From Patescibacteria group bacterium (GTDB lineage Bacteria; Patescibacteriota; Patescibacteriia; Patescibacteriales; JAQVLT01): DNA of 51,941 nucleotides. Below are positions 1 through 8,759 of the stretch, piece by piece. A model generated the notes under the pieces. The model was not told the origin of the DNA. It saw only the letters and a program-made list of their open reading frames with translations, and did no database searches. The DNA lies in NCBI GenBank assembly GCA_028704015.1, contig JAQVLT010000008.1, forward strand, positions 1-51,941, given 5' to 3'. A program made the position numbers and the translations under genes. The stretch's first letter is position 1, and each line of letters opens with the position of its first letter.

Positions 1-64
1 CGCTTTGCGCTTGCCATTTAAAATTGTTTTTAACTCCGGAAACAAAATCATTAATGATCCCCAT
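1..64 (-). CDS. Partial ORF running off the window edge (MGIINDFVSGVKNNFKWQAQS...), unknown product
   Basis: ATG at 64-62 on the minus strand, open to position 1. Only 21 codons are visible. Confidence 0.35.
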   Translation of the reverse strand, partial: MGIINDFVSGVKNNFKWQAQS

Positions 65-160
65 ATAATTTTTGTTAGAAAATAAATAGAAAGTATTTTA
101 AAAATAGTTTTTCGTGTTGTTATTATTATAGCACTTTGCGTAAAAATGATAAAATAATAC

Positions 161-192
161 AAAAAATCCCCCGAGTACTCGGGGGATTTTTT
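161..192 (-). terminator. Intrinsic terminator after tRNA-Glu (perfect 32-bp palindrome)
   Basis: aaaaaatcccccgagtactcgggggatttttt is self-complementary, ends in a U-tract on either strand and lies 6 nt past the tRNA 3' end. Confidence 0.8.
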
Positions 193-198
193 ATATTG

Positions 199-270
199 TA
201 CCGCCACGGGGAATCGAACCCCGATTACCAGGATGAGAACCTGGCGTCCTAACCGTTAGACGATAGCGGC
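199..270 (-). tRNA. tRNA-Glu (anticodon CTC), CCA not encoded
   Basis: Reverse complement folds as a cloverleaf: acceptor GCCGCTA/TGGCGGT, anticodon arm CCAGG-TT CTC AT-CCTGG, T-loop GGTTCGATTCC. Confidence 0.95.
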
Positions 271-311
271 AAGCGAAATTTTTAATTTTAAAACAATTTT
301 TAATTTCCAAA

Positions 312-1271
312 TTATTTTAAAATTATATTTACTATTTCTTTGTGCCCGCGCAAGAATTCTTCGCTAGTCATTTCACGTTTTCCTTCCGGTTGGAGCTTTG
401 TAATAATCAAAGCGTCTTGGCCGCATTGCACAGCAAGCTTATTTTCATACAAAAATATCTCCCCAGCTTTATATTTATTAATATCTATAGGTGTTTGCTC
501 AACTTTAATGATTTTTAATATGTTTGTAATTTGTAATTTGTAATTTGTAATTTTCGTGTATGCGCCTGGCCATGGATTCATCGCTCGCACAAATCTCTCA
601 ATTTCTATCGCGTTTTTTTGCCAATCAATCATTCCGTCTTCTTTTTTAAATTCTTTAATATAACTTGCTTGAGAATTATCTTGCGCTGTCGGTTTTATTT
701 TTCCAGAAATATAATCCTTAATAGTTGGTAACAAAAAATCAGCTCCTAATTTTGATAATTTTTCAAACAATGTTCCGGCAGTTTCAGTTGGAGCTAATTT
801 AATTTTAGTTTGAGATAAAATAGGCCCGGTGTCAAGACTGGCGTCCATTTTCATTATCGTGATTCCGGTTTCTTCGTCGCCATTAAGAATCGCCGCGGCA
901 ATACAAGCGGCACCGCGGTATTTGGGCAGAAGCGAGCCATGCACATTTATACAGCCATATTTTGGAATATCCAAAATTGCTTGCGGAATAATTTGTCCGT
1001 ATGCAATGGTAATAATTAAATCAGGTTTTAAATCTTTAATTTCCTTTACTATTTCTTTGATTTTTTCCGGTTGTATAATTTTTAATCCCAAATTTTTAGA
1101 TAGAACTTTAATCGGCGGGGGAGTAAGGATTTGTTTTCGCCCGACTTTTTTATCCGGCTGAGTGATAACGGCGACAATCTCAAAATCACTGTCCGCGGCC
1201 AGTTTTTCCAGAGCCGGAACGCCAAAATCTGGCGTGCCGATGAAAATTGTTTTTATGGGTTGATTAGACAT
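312..1271 (-). CDS. fmt: Methionyl-tRNA formyltransferase
   Basis: IFIGTPDFG N-terminus, VITQPDK, INVHGSLLPKYRGAA, MDASLDTGPIL, RAMNPWPGAY, LQPEGKREM. Confidence 0.97.
   Translation of the reverse strand: MSNQPIKTIFIGTPDFGVPALEKLAADSDFEIVAVITQPDKKVGRKQILTPPPIKVLSKNLGLKIIQPEKIKEIVKEIKDLKPDLIITIAYGQIIPQAILDIPKYGCINVHGSLLPKYRGAACIAAAILNGDEETGITIMKMDASLDTGPILSQTKIKLAPTETAGTLFEKLSKLGADFLLPTIKDYISGKIKPTAQDNSQASYIKEFKKEDGMIDWQKNAIEIERFVRAMNPWPGAYTKITNYKLQITNILKIIKVEQTPIDINKYKAGEIFLYENKLAVQCGQDALIITKLQPEGKREMTSEEFLRGHKEIVNIILK
524..551. repeat. (TTGTAAT)4 heptamer microsatellite inside fmt
   Basis: Four perfect copies, read on the minus strand as KITNYKLQITN. Confidence 0.9.
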
Positions 1272-1318
1272 CTTAGTAAATATTTGGTAAGTTTAATTAT
1301 ATAAATCGCTAATAACTT

Positions 1319-1415
1319 CTAAATTATGATTTCTAATATCTAATAAATGATCAAATGTCCAATTTTTAATTTTATTCATTCGGGAATTAGTAATTTATTA
1401 GAAATTGTAATTTAG
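1319..1415. repeat. Imperfect inverted AT-rich arms between divergent fmt and dedA
   Basis: ctaaattatgatttctaata (1319-1338) matches the reverse complement of tattagaaattgtaatttag (1396-1415) at 18/20 positions. Confidence 0.7.
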
Positions 1416-1430
1416 GAATTAGAAATTTTC

Positions 1431-2030
1431 ATGAGTTTGCTTTCTTTTTTTCTTCAAATCATTCACAATCTCGGCTACGGCGGTGTAGTTTTTCTTATGG
1501 CGATAGAATCTTCTTTTTTGCCCTTGCCATCAGAAATTATTATTCCGCCAGCAGCTTATTTGGCATCGCAAGGAGAGATGAATATTTTTTTAATAATTAT
1601 CGCCGGAACAATCGGAAGTGTAATTGGAGCGCTAATTAATTATACCCTGGCATATTATCTTGGCCGGACAATTATATTCGGAATTGCAGATTCTAAATTC
1701 GGCAAATTAATAATGCTTAATTCCAAAAAAATAGAAAAAGCAGAAAATTTTTTCCTGCGCTATGGTAACGCCTCAACTTTTATTGGCCGATTGCTTCCTG
1801 TGGTGCGGCACTTGATATCCATCCCGGCCGGATTTTCGGAAATGAAATTAAGGAATTTTATTTTTTATACGACTACTGGCGCTTTTGTCTGGGTATCGAT
1901 TTTAGCCGCGCTTGGTTATTATCTAGGAGAAAAGGTTGATGTCATTATCAGGTATTATAAGGAAATTTCTTATTTTATCATTTTAGTTTTAATGATTTAC
2001 GGAATTTATCGCTGGAGAAAAAAATTTTAA
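1431..2030 (+). CDS. DedA family membrane protein
   Basis: MAIESSFLPLPSEIIIPPAAY and FIGRLLPVVRHLISIPAG motifs; several hydrophobic segments. Confidence 0.93.
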   Translation: MSLLSFFLQIIHNLGYGGVVFLMAIESSFLPLPSEIIIPPAAYLASQGEMNIFLIIIAGTIGSVIGALINYTLAYYLGRTIIFGIADSKFGKLIMLNSKKIEKAENFFLRYGNASTFIGRLLPVVRHLISIPAGFSEMKLRNFIFYTTTGAFVWVSILAALGYYLGEKVDVIIRYYKEISYFIILVLMIYGIYRWRKKF

Positions 2031-2077
2031 ATTTAAAACTTAAAATTTAAAATTTGTTGAACAGTAGAAATTATAAT

Positions 2078-2560
2078 TTATAAATTTATTGAGTCTGCTT
2101 TCTGTATGTCTTTTGCCTTATCAATAAATAATATTCCGTCCAAATGATCGATCTCATGTTGAATTACGCGCGCCAATAGGCCTTCGGCCGAAATTTTTTT
2201 CTTCTCGCCGGAGATATTAAAATAGACGCAATTTATTTTTTTATTTCGTCTCACTTTTCCGTATACCCCCGGCACCGATAAACAACCTTCTTCTGCCCAT
2301 TCTTTAGCAAAGGAATTTTTGGTAATTTTTGGATTAAATAATATTAAAACACCATCTTTCGTGTTTACGGTTATTAGACGAATATTCTCGCCAACTTGCG
2401 GAGCGGCTAAGCCAACACCATCTCTTTCTTTCATGGTTTTGACCATATTCAAAGCTAATGCCTGAAGTTTTTTTTCAGCCAATTTTTTCGAAGATACGTC
2501 TTCTGATTTTTTTCTAAGAATTTGGTTTGGTATTGTGAGTATGGTTAAAATTTTAGCCAT
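2078..2560 (-). CDS. def: Peptide deformylase
   Basis: All three PDF motifs: GVGLAAPQVG, EGCLS, QHEIDHLDG. Confidence 0.97.
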   Translation of the reverse strand: MAKILTILTIPNQILRKKSEDVSSKKLAEKKLQALALNMVKTMKERDGVGLAAPQVGENIRLITVNTKDGVLILFNPKITKNSFAKEWAEEGCLSVPGVYGKVRRNKKINCVYFNISGEKKKISAEGLLARVIQHEIDHLDGILFIDKAKDIQKADSINL

Positions 2561-2636
2561 AAAACAATGGTTGAAATTAATAATTTTATTTATGATATAA
2601 TATTATCAGAATTGTTAATAAATTTCAATTAATTTT

Positions 2637-2927
2637 ATGGACAGCGACATGCAGCAAATAGGGGATGTTTTTAAAAGGAAAATCGTGAAAAAACCGCCGG
2701 CTTACCCATGGCAGGACTTGGCATTACGCGTGATAAATGAGTTAAATATTCCTAATTTTAAGCGTAGTTCCGTATTTAAAGCTTGTAAGGAAAATTCCAG
2801 CCAATTTATTGAAAGATGCTTGAACGATACCAAGGAATTATGCAAAACAGGCCAGAAATGGAAGTATTTTTTTAAATTAGTAGATCTGGGGCCGGATAAT
2901 TTAAAAAGCAAAATAATTGTGAAATAG
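2637..2927 (+). CDS. Small basic hypothetical protein
   Basis: Clean 96-aa ORF. An extended -10 (TGaTATAAT, 2593-2601) lies upstream and a hairpin follows. Confidence 0.7.
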   Translation: MDSDMQQIGDVFKRKIVKKPPAYPWQDLALRVINELNIPNFKRSSVFKACKENSSQFIERCLNDTKELCKTGQKWKYFFKLVDLGPDNLKSKIIVK

Positions 2928-2941
2928 CAGATATTTAATAG

Positions 2942-2977
2942 TAAACAGGGCTTTAAAATATTTTAAAGCCCTGTTTA
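2942..2977 (+). terminator. Perfect 36-bp palindrome, probable terminator
   Basis: taaacagggctttaaaatattttaaagccctgttta, followed by a T-run, 14 nt after the stop at 2927. Confidence 0.7.
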
Positions 2978-3031
2978 TTTTTTGCTAATTTTAGTAATAA
3001 ATCGTTTATTTATTTCCCTCCTTTTTTCTTC

Positions 3032-3060
3032 TTGACAATATTAAAGAATTGTGATATTAT
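3032..3060 (+). promoter_or_regulatory. Sigma70-type promoter for the M23 gene
   Basis: TTGACA (3032-3037), 17-nt spacer, TATTAT (3055-3060) with a TG extended -10. Confidence 0.75.
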
Positions 3061-3078
3061 ATAAGGTTATTTGTATTG

Positions 3079-3195
3079 GAATATGAATCTTCATAAATAT
3101 ACGGAAAAGCTTAAATCGTAATAGCTAAATTACCTTGTTTCTAGAAAGTTACTCGTGCAGTCAAGGAGTTCGTATATTTATAAAGATTCTTATTC
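3079..3195 (+). ncRNA. Candidate structured 5' leader RNA, family not recognised
   Basis: A 27-bp closing stem (3079-3105 with 3169-3195; two mismatches, one G-U) encloses AGCT/AGCT and CCTTG/CAAGG helices. It lies between the promoter and the ATG. Confidence 0.4.
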
Positions 3196-3208
3196 ATAAA
3201 AAATCAAC

Positions 3209-6200
3209 ATGAGAAAAAAAATATTCAGCATTACTATAAAAACTTTTTATTTTACCATTGGCATAATTTTTTTAGCGATTGGTATTTTGGGTTTGATTTT
3301 ACCTATTATTCCCGGAATTGTTTTTATCTTGGCTAGCGTCGCTTTATTTGCCAAAGCTTCCCTTACATTTCGCAATCATAAATTATATATTAATTTTTCT
3401 AGTTATATGGAAAAATTTATTAATATTATAAAAAGTTATTTTATCAGAAAACATAAAGTTATTATCGCTCATGCTGTAGTAGCTATTTTGATTTTGGGCG
3501 CAATTATTTTATTTGGAATTAATATGGCGAAAGCCGAAACTCTGATTGGCTCTGATGTCCAACAAGTCAAAACGGCGAATAGCCCGGCAGTTTATTATAT
3601 TGATCAAAAACACAATACCAAAAAAGTTTACAATAGCGCGAAAGCTTTTCTTTCTTATGGCAATAAATGGAGCGATGTCAAAATCGTTGATAACAGCGTA
3701 TTAAATAATTATGCCGATGTTAGTTTAGTAAAGGTAAAAAATAATAAAGCGGTTTATTATATCAAGAACGGCAAAAAAGCGGTTATAAAAAATTCGGCTG
3801 AATTTTTAAATCACGGCTTCAAATGGAGTGATGTGGTTACAATCTCAGTCGCTGATTTAAACACATATAGCAATTCAGAACTTGATAGTATTTGCGCAAT
3901 CAAGCCAGCGGCTGGCAATGTTTCAACCAGCTTAAGCGCTAGCGCGGGTTCAATTACTAACGGAAGTTTATCCGTTGAGGTAAGCGTTAATAGTCCGGCG
4001 ACACAATATATTCCATTAGGCTCAGTTGATAATTTAATCGGCGTCTTCAAATTTACCAATAATTCAAATACTAACGTTGAAGTTGGCAGTTTTAGCCCGA
4101 AATTTACGGGAGTTTTTAACCCGCAAATGATTAAAGCGGCAAATTTGGTTATTGATAATCAAACCGGCCAAGTTTATGAGTCAATTATAAATGATAAAAA
4201 AGCATATTTTTCTTTCAATACCAATCCTATTGTTATACAGCCGGGAGAATCAAAGGAATTTAAAATTTATTTAGATACGAAATATTATCCGGAATGGAAC
4301 AGCCATGTGTTTAGAATCGCCATTGAAAATCCAAGCGACGTTTTCACCAAGTCTCAGTCGCAAATTTTAGGAAATTTTCCGGTTGCTTCAAACACTCACA
4401 AATTAGTTTACTCCGCTGATTATTTGGGTCAAATTAAAGTTGAAGAACAAAGTTTAAATAGAACTCAAGAGGCGGTTATTGGCAACTCAGGTCAAGAACT
4501 GGCCAAATTTAAAATTAGCGAGCTTAGTAAAAACGAAGGCATGATCATGAAGCAAATTGCTTTTCGCAATTATGGAACAGCTAATTCCGGAGATATTATT
4601 AATTTCACTTTAAAAAATAAAAATAATGCCAAGATTTCTCAAGCCGCAAGTATCAATTCCGATGGGACAGTCACATTTAATTTAAATGATTATAAAATTG
4701 CTGCCGGCAAAGATGATGTATTTATCATCATCGCGGATATTAAAGACGGAGAAAATAAAACCGTTAATTTTCAGTTTACTGATTTGAAAGCAAGGGGTGA
4801 TAAAAATGGATATGGTTTGACCAGTGATTATGCCAATTTAAATGAGACAATTAAAATAGTCAGAAAATCTATCAGCGCGATTTCTCGTGAATTAAAAATA
4901 AGCAAAAATATATTTAGCCAGCAAAGCGGAGCTTTGATAGGTGTTTTTGAAATTAGAAATAATGATCAAAATATTATTTTGGATACCGCGGAAATAAAAA
5001 TCACCAAGACAAACGGTACGCCTAATTTTGATAAGCCGATTTATTTGGTTAATTATAATACGGGCGAAGTTTATAGTTCTGCCAGCCAATCAGGCAACGA
5101 CAATTTAACATTTCGTTTAGCCAGCACCGTTTTAAAAAGCAAAGAAATATTAACTGTCGGTTTTATCGCTGACATTCCCGATACCGCCAAACAAGGAGAC
5201 AGTTATAATTTGTCTTTGGAAAATATCAGTTACCGATTGCCTTCCGGCGCATATCCGAAAGATAATATTAAAGTAAATTCGGCAACATTAATAGTAAGCA
5301 AATCAAACATTTTTGTTTACAAAAATGAAGATTCTGGTGATACGGTCAAATATATTAAAGGCGAGAAAGACATTAAAATCGCAAGTTTCTATATAGAAGC
5401 CGCTTATGGCGAGGATACGCGTATTAGTTCATTGAAGTTTTCCAAAGGTGATACGTCAGGTTTGATTACTTATGATAATGGTTTTAGCAATTTAAAAGCA
5501 TACATTAATGGCACGAGAATTGGTGCGGTATTGGCCCAGCCATATAGCGACACATATATATTTGACGGCGCGTCATATAGATTGAAATCGGGCGAGCGCG
5601 CGGAAATTAAAGTTTATGTTGACACAGAAAAAGATCTTCCTATTCAATCTACTCAATTAATGATTAATAATATAGTTGCCAACGGATATAGCTCTGGAAT
5701 TAATACCGTTGTAAAAGGCCTTAATACCAAAAGTTATACAGTTTCCTTTGGCGGTGTTAACGCGGAAATTAGATCAGTGTTGGGCGGTGATGCGCAAATT
5801 AATAAAGAAAATAATAAAGTTGCCAGCTTCGCCGTAAAAAATACAGGTGATGAAAAAATTAAATTAAATAGTATCAGTCTAATAACTACGGGCGATGGCT
5901 TCTCATATAGTCGCGGTTATCATAGTTTGGATATTACGGAAAGCCAAAGTACAAAAAATATTGGCAGCGCAGGAAGACCGGTTGCCGGAGCCAATAAGAT
6001 TGGTTTGAATGGCTACGAAATTCAACCTAATAGTGAAAAAACTTTTGATGTTTATGTAGATACAAATGACAAAGTAGCTATCAGCCAGTTTGATTTATAT
6101 TTTAGCGAATTATCAGCGCAAGGTTCAAAGTCAAAAATTAATGTGAAGGTTGTGGGCAGTCCTACTACCAGCGTGCAGGTAAATAGCGGTTCTAATACCG

Positions 6201-6661
6201 TGCCTGACAGCGATAATGGCAATGGTAATAATACAGCCAGTACTACTGAAATAATGATTTATCCGGTAAGCGGCAGAATAACCTACGGTTTTGGCGCCAA
6301 CGCATCAAGCGGCTATCCATATGGCACTCACACCGGCGTTGACTTTAATGTTTCTAAAGGCACGAGCGTTAAAGCATCGGCGGCCGGCACAGTTTCGTAC
6401 GTTGAACCGGTCGGTCAGGCCGGCGGAGCTACTGCCAGCTATATCATAATTAATCACGGTAATGGAATACAAACAATGTACGGCCATTTGTCCAGAATTG
6501 ATGTAAAAGTCGGCGATGTAGTAACGCAAAGCCAAGTAGTTGGTTTAAGCGGCGGAATACCGGGCGATCCCGGTTCCGGATCAAATACTACGGGCGCGCA
6601 TCTTCATTTTGAAGTGCAATTAAATGGTACTCCGGTTAATCCGATGAATTATTTGAAATAA
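3209..6661 (+). CDS. Large membrane-anchored surface protein with C-terminal M23 metallopeptidase
   Basis: C-terminal HTGVD, YGHLS and HLHFEV M23 motifs. N-terminal hydrophobic helices, two ~50-aa repeats (AVYYI..KWSDV) and a long beta-rich middle. Confidence 0.9.
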   Translation: MRKKIFSITIKTFYFTIGIIFLAIGILGLILPIIPGIVFILASVALFAKASLTFRNHKLYINFSSYMEKFINIIKSYFIRKHKVIIAHAVVAILILGAIILFGINMAKAETLIGSDVQQVKTANSPAVYYIDQKHNTKKVYNSAKAFLSYGNKWSDVKIVDNSVLNNYADVSLVKVKNNKAVYYIKNGKKAVIKNSAEFLNHGFKWSDVVTISVADLNTYSNSELDSICAIKPAAGNVSTSLSASAGSITNGSLSVEVSVNSPATQYIPLGSVDNLIGVFKFTNNSNTNVEVGSFSPKFTGVFNPQMIKAANLVIDNQTGQVYESIINDKKAYFSFNTNPIVIQPGESKEFKIYLDTKYYPEWNSHVFRIAIENPSDVFTKSQSQILGNFPVASNTHKLVYSADYLGQIKVEEQSLNRTQEAVIGNSGQELAKFKISELSKNEGMIMKQIAFRNYGTANSGDIINFTLKNKNNAKISQAASINSDGTVTFNLNDYKIAAGKDDVFIIIADIKDGENKTVNFQFTDLKARGDKNGYGLTSDYANLNETIKIVRKSISAISRELKISKNIFSQQSGALIGVFEIRNNDQNIILDTAEIKITKTNGTPNFDKPIYLVNYNTGEVYSSASQSGNDNLTFRLASTVLKSKEILTVGFIADIPDTAKQGDSYNLSLENISYRLPSGAYPKDNIKVNSATLIVSKSNIFVYKNEDSGDTVKYIKGEKDIKIASFYIEAAYGEDTRISSLKFSKGDTSGLITYDNGFSNLKAYINGTRIGAVLAQPYSDTYIFDGASYRLKSGERAEIKVYVDTEKDLPIQSTQLMINNIVANGYSSGINTVVKGLNTKSYTVSFGGVNAEIRSVLGGDAQINKENNKVASFAVKNTGDEKIKLNSISLITTGDGFSYSRGYHSLDITESQSTKNIGSAGRPVAGANKIGLNGYEIQPNSEKTFDVYVDTNDKVAISQFDLYFSELSAQGSKSKINVKVVGSPTTSVQVNSGSNTVPDSDNGNGNNTASTTEIMIYPVSGRITYGFGANASSGYPYGTHTGVDFNVSKGTSVKASAAGTVSYVEPVGQAGGATASYIIINHGNGIQTMYGHLSRIDVKVGDVVTQSQVVGLSGGIPGDPGSGSNTTGAHLHFEVQLNGTPVNPMNYLK

Positions 6662-6705
6662 TCGCGCCACGCAATACGTAGCACATAACACATATTTTAC
6701 AGCTT

Positions 6706-6733
6706 CAGCGCATAATCAAATGGTTATGCGCTG
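6706..6733. repeat. Hairpin CAGCGCATAA..TTATGCGCTG, copy 1
   Basis: 10-bp perfect stem; a related copy lies at 7971-7998. Confidence 0.7.
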
Positions 6734-6890
6734 TGTGGTGTAAGTTTATGCGTTGATTATTGGAAGTTATTTCCTCGCACATTCAACATCGGTATATTGC
6801 CCAAAATGGCGATACAAAAAACCGTCACATATTTTCCAGTTAATACCCTGCTTTTAGTGGGGCAACCAAGCACACAAGGAGGAGCGGAAG

Positions 6891-7829
6891 ATGAAAAGAG
6901 GCGGATCTTTGGTTTTGGCAATGGTATTGGTGGTGGTTTTGGCGATGATGGCGGCGGGCTGCGGGCAGAAAGGGCACGAAACACCGCAAGCCAAACCTAT
7001 CGTCTCTGCCGTCGCCCCGACCCCCACTCTGTTGGCTAACATGGCAAAGGATGCCAGGTATAAAAATCCCGAAGAGGGAGGCCTTGATTTTCTGAAAAAA
7101 GTTTCCCTGGCAAAAAAGATGAAGTTGGGGGAGTTGGACGAGGTGGAGAAGACGCTGGATATCTTCTTCGCCAATTGGCGGGACAATCCAGAGGCGTGGA
7201 GGAAGGCTAGTGAAGTCTATTCGGAATGCTTCACGTCGCTCGTGGAAAAGTATAATTTCAGTGAGGAGGGGAATGTCAACACCCTTCTCCTGTATCTGCG
7301 AGCGGCGGAGACACTCGCCGTTTTTGGAGGAAAAGATTACGCGCCTCCCTCGGGCGCTATTGAGCGGCTGGTGGAGGTAGTAAAAGCGGAGAAGGACGAA
7401 TATGCAGTTTTGCCCTTTATCTGCGAACGGGCATCGCACAAGGTGTGTTTGGCCGCCGCGAAGCTCGCGTTGTTTCAGTGTAAAAAAGCGGATGAGGTGC
7501 TCAGCTTCTTCTCAGGGGACACTCTCCGCTCGCTGGACGACGGTGATTTTGCCCGGGAGTTTTTTAAGAATATGGAGCGGAAAAAGATGTTGCTCCATCT
7601 CTCGAATGGCGAGATGCTCAGCTTCGCCCTCATGTACGCTCGTAGCGGATATGAAGATGGTGAGGAGATTGAAAGCATCCTTGTCCGTTCGGCGAAACGG
7701 GTAAAACTTTCCCCGCGGGAAGCAGGGGAGTTTGCGGGCTATCTGCCACAGCGAGGGAAGGAATATCTCGCGTGGTATGTAAAGGAAAACCAAATGTCCG
7801 CCCCCGAGGCAGTCATTTGGTTCAAATAA
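6891..7829 (+). CDS. Orphan lipoprotein with atypically high GC
   Basis: Shine-Dalgarno AGGAGG, then a signal peptide ending in lipobox MAAG-C. No family recognised. Confidence 0.8.
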   Translation: MKRGGSLVLAMVLVVVLAMMAAGCGQKGHETPQAKPIVSAVAPTPTLLANMAKDARYKNPEEGGLDFLKKVSLAKKMKLGELDEVEKTLDIFFANWRDNPEAWRKASEVYSECFTSLVEKYNFSEEGNVNTLLLYLRAAETLAVFGGKDYAPPSGAIERLVEVVKAEKDEYAVLPFICERASHKVCLAAAKLALFQCKKADEVLSFFSGDTLRSLDDGDFAREFFKNMERKKMLLHLSNGEMLSFALMYARSGYEDGEEIESILVRSAKRVKLSPREAGEFAGYLPQRGKEYLAWYVKENQMSAPEAVIWFK

Positions 7830-7842
7830 TCCTCAACCCTGT

Positions 7843-7876
7843 GCGGGGGCACTTCAACAAACCGAAGTGTCCCCGC
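7843..7876 (+). terminator. GC-rich hairpin after the lipoprotein gene
   Basis: gcgggggcacttc/gaagtgtccccgc 13-bp stem. No U-tract follows, so terminator function is uncertain. Confidence 0.45.
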
Positions 7877-7970
7877 CAGCAGTACCTAAAATTTTTAAAG
7901 AATAAATTTAATTTTTAAGAAATTAGAAAGTAGATTTATTTTTTGAAATTAAATTGTAATTTTCAATTTA

Positions 7971-7998
7971 CAGCGCATAACTTTCCGGTTATGCGTTG
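7971..7998. repeat. Hairpin CAGCGCATAAC..GTTATGCGTTG, copy 2
   Basis: 11-bp stem with one G-U; arms nearly identical to 6706-6733. Confidence 0.7.
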
Positions 7999-8217
7999 AG
8001 CGTTGGGAGCTAGAAAATTAATTCAGTATATCTCGCTCTTTAAAACATATTTCGACTTCTCCGCTGTTTTTATAAAATAATGATTTGTAAAAAGGGCAGG
8101 GAAGTCGAGAGCAAGCTGAGCTGATGCTGGCAGTCGTGCCGGCGCTTGGTCATTGGGACCACGGTGAAACTTGCGCTCGCGCTTCAAACCAGCCCTCGGG
8201 GCGGAAAGGGTAGGGAA

Positions 8218-8742
8218 ATGAGACAGAAAATTGAGCGGCATATGATTATTATGATGCTTCTGGTCGTTGTTTACGTGCTCGTGGAGAAACAAACTGGCTC
8301 CCTCCGTAATTTTACCATTTACATTATGGTTTTTTATTTCGCGATAGTTAATTTAGTGCACCATAAAGAGGTCGAAAAACTGGAGTGTGAGATCAGAAGT
8401 CTCCGCAGCATCAGTGAGCCCTTGGATTTGCCGGCTCAAGAGGTTACTCAAGAGCCAGAAGTGAGGCTTCTCGAGGCTTTAAGGCGAGAAAAAGAAATGG
8501 CTTTAAGAATCAGAAAGTTGGCCAAGCAACTCGCTTTAATAGCCGCAACGCTCCGAGCTTCTAAGCCAGACCCTCTTGTCGCGGAGTGCCGCAGTCAAAT
8601 CGAGCTGATGCTTTATAACAATTGGCCTCGATATCATAGCGATTGGGGAAATTATATTAAGCTCTTGCTGGCTCGCGCTAGCAAGTGTCAGGAGCGGGCG
8701 CTGCTGCGTCGGCGGGAAAAAAGTTGCAGCCCAGGTGACTGA
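8218..8742 (+). CDS. Orphan protein with two N-terminal hydrophobic segments and a helical tail
   Basis: ATG at 8218 follows purine-rich GGGTAGGGAA (the ORF track starts at 8146). No family recognised. Confidence 0.65.
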   Translation: MRQKIERHMIIMMLLVVVYVLVEKQTGSLRNFTIYIMVFYFAIVNLVHHKEVEKLECEIRSLRSISEPLDLPAQEVTQEPEVRLLEALRREKEMALRIRKLAKQLALIAATLRASKPDPLVAECRSQIELMLYNNWPRYHSDWGNYIKLLLARASKCQERALLRRREKSCSPGD

Positions 8743-8759
8743 GTGGAAAAATCCCTTGC

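Noticed and set aside
3079-3195. 6S RNA, SRP RNA or c-di-AMP/c-di-GMP riboswitch
   Set aside because: Too short for 6S, lacks the SRP domain IV motif, and no riboswitch consensus nucleotides were recognised.
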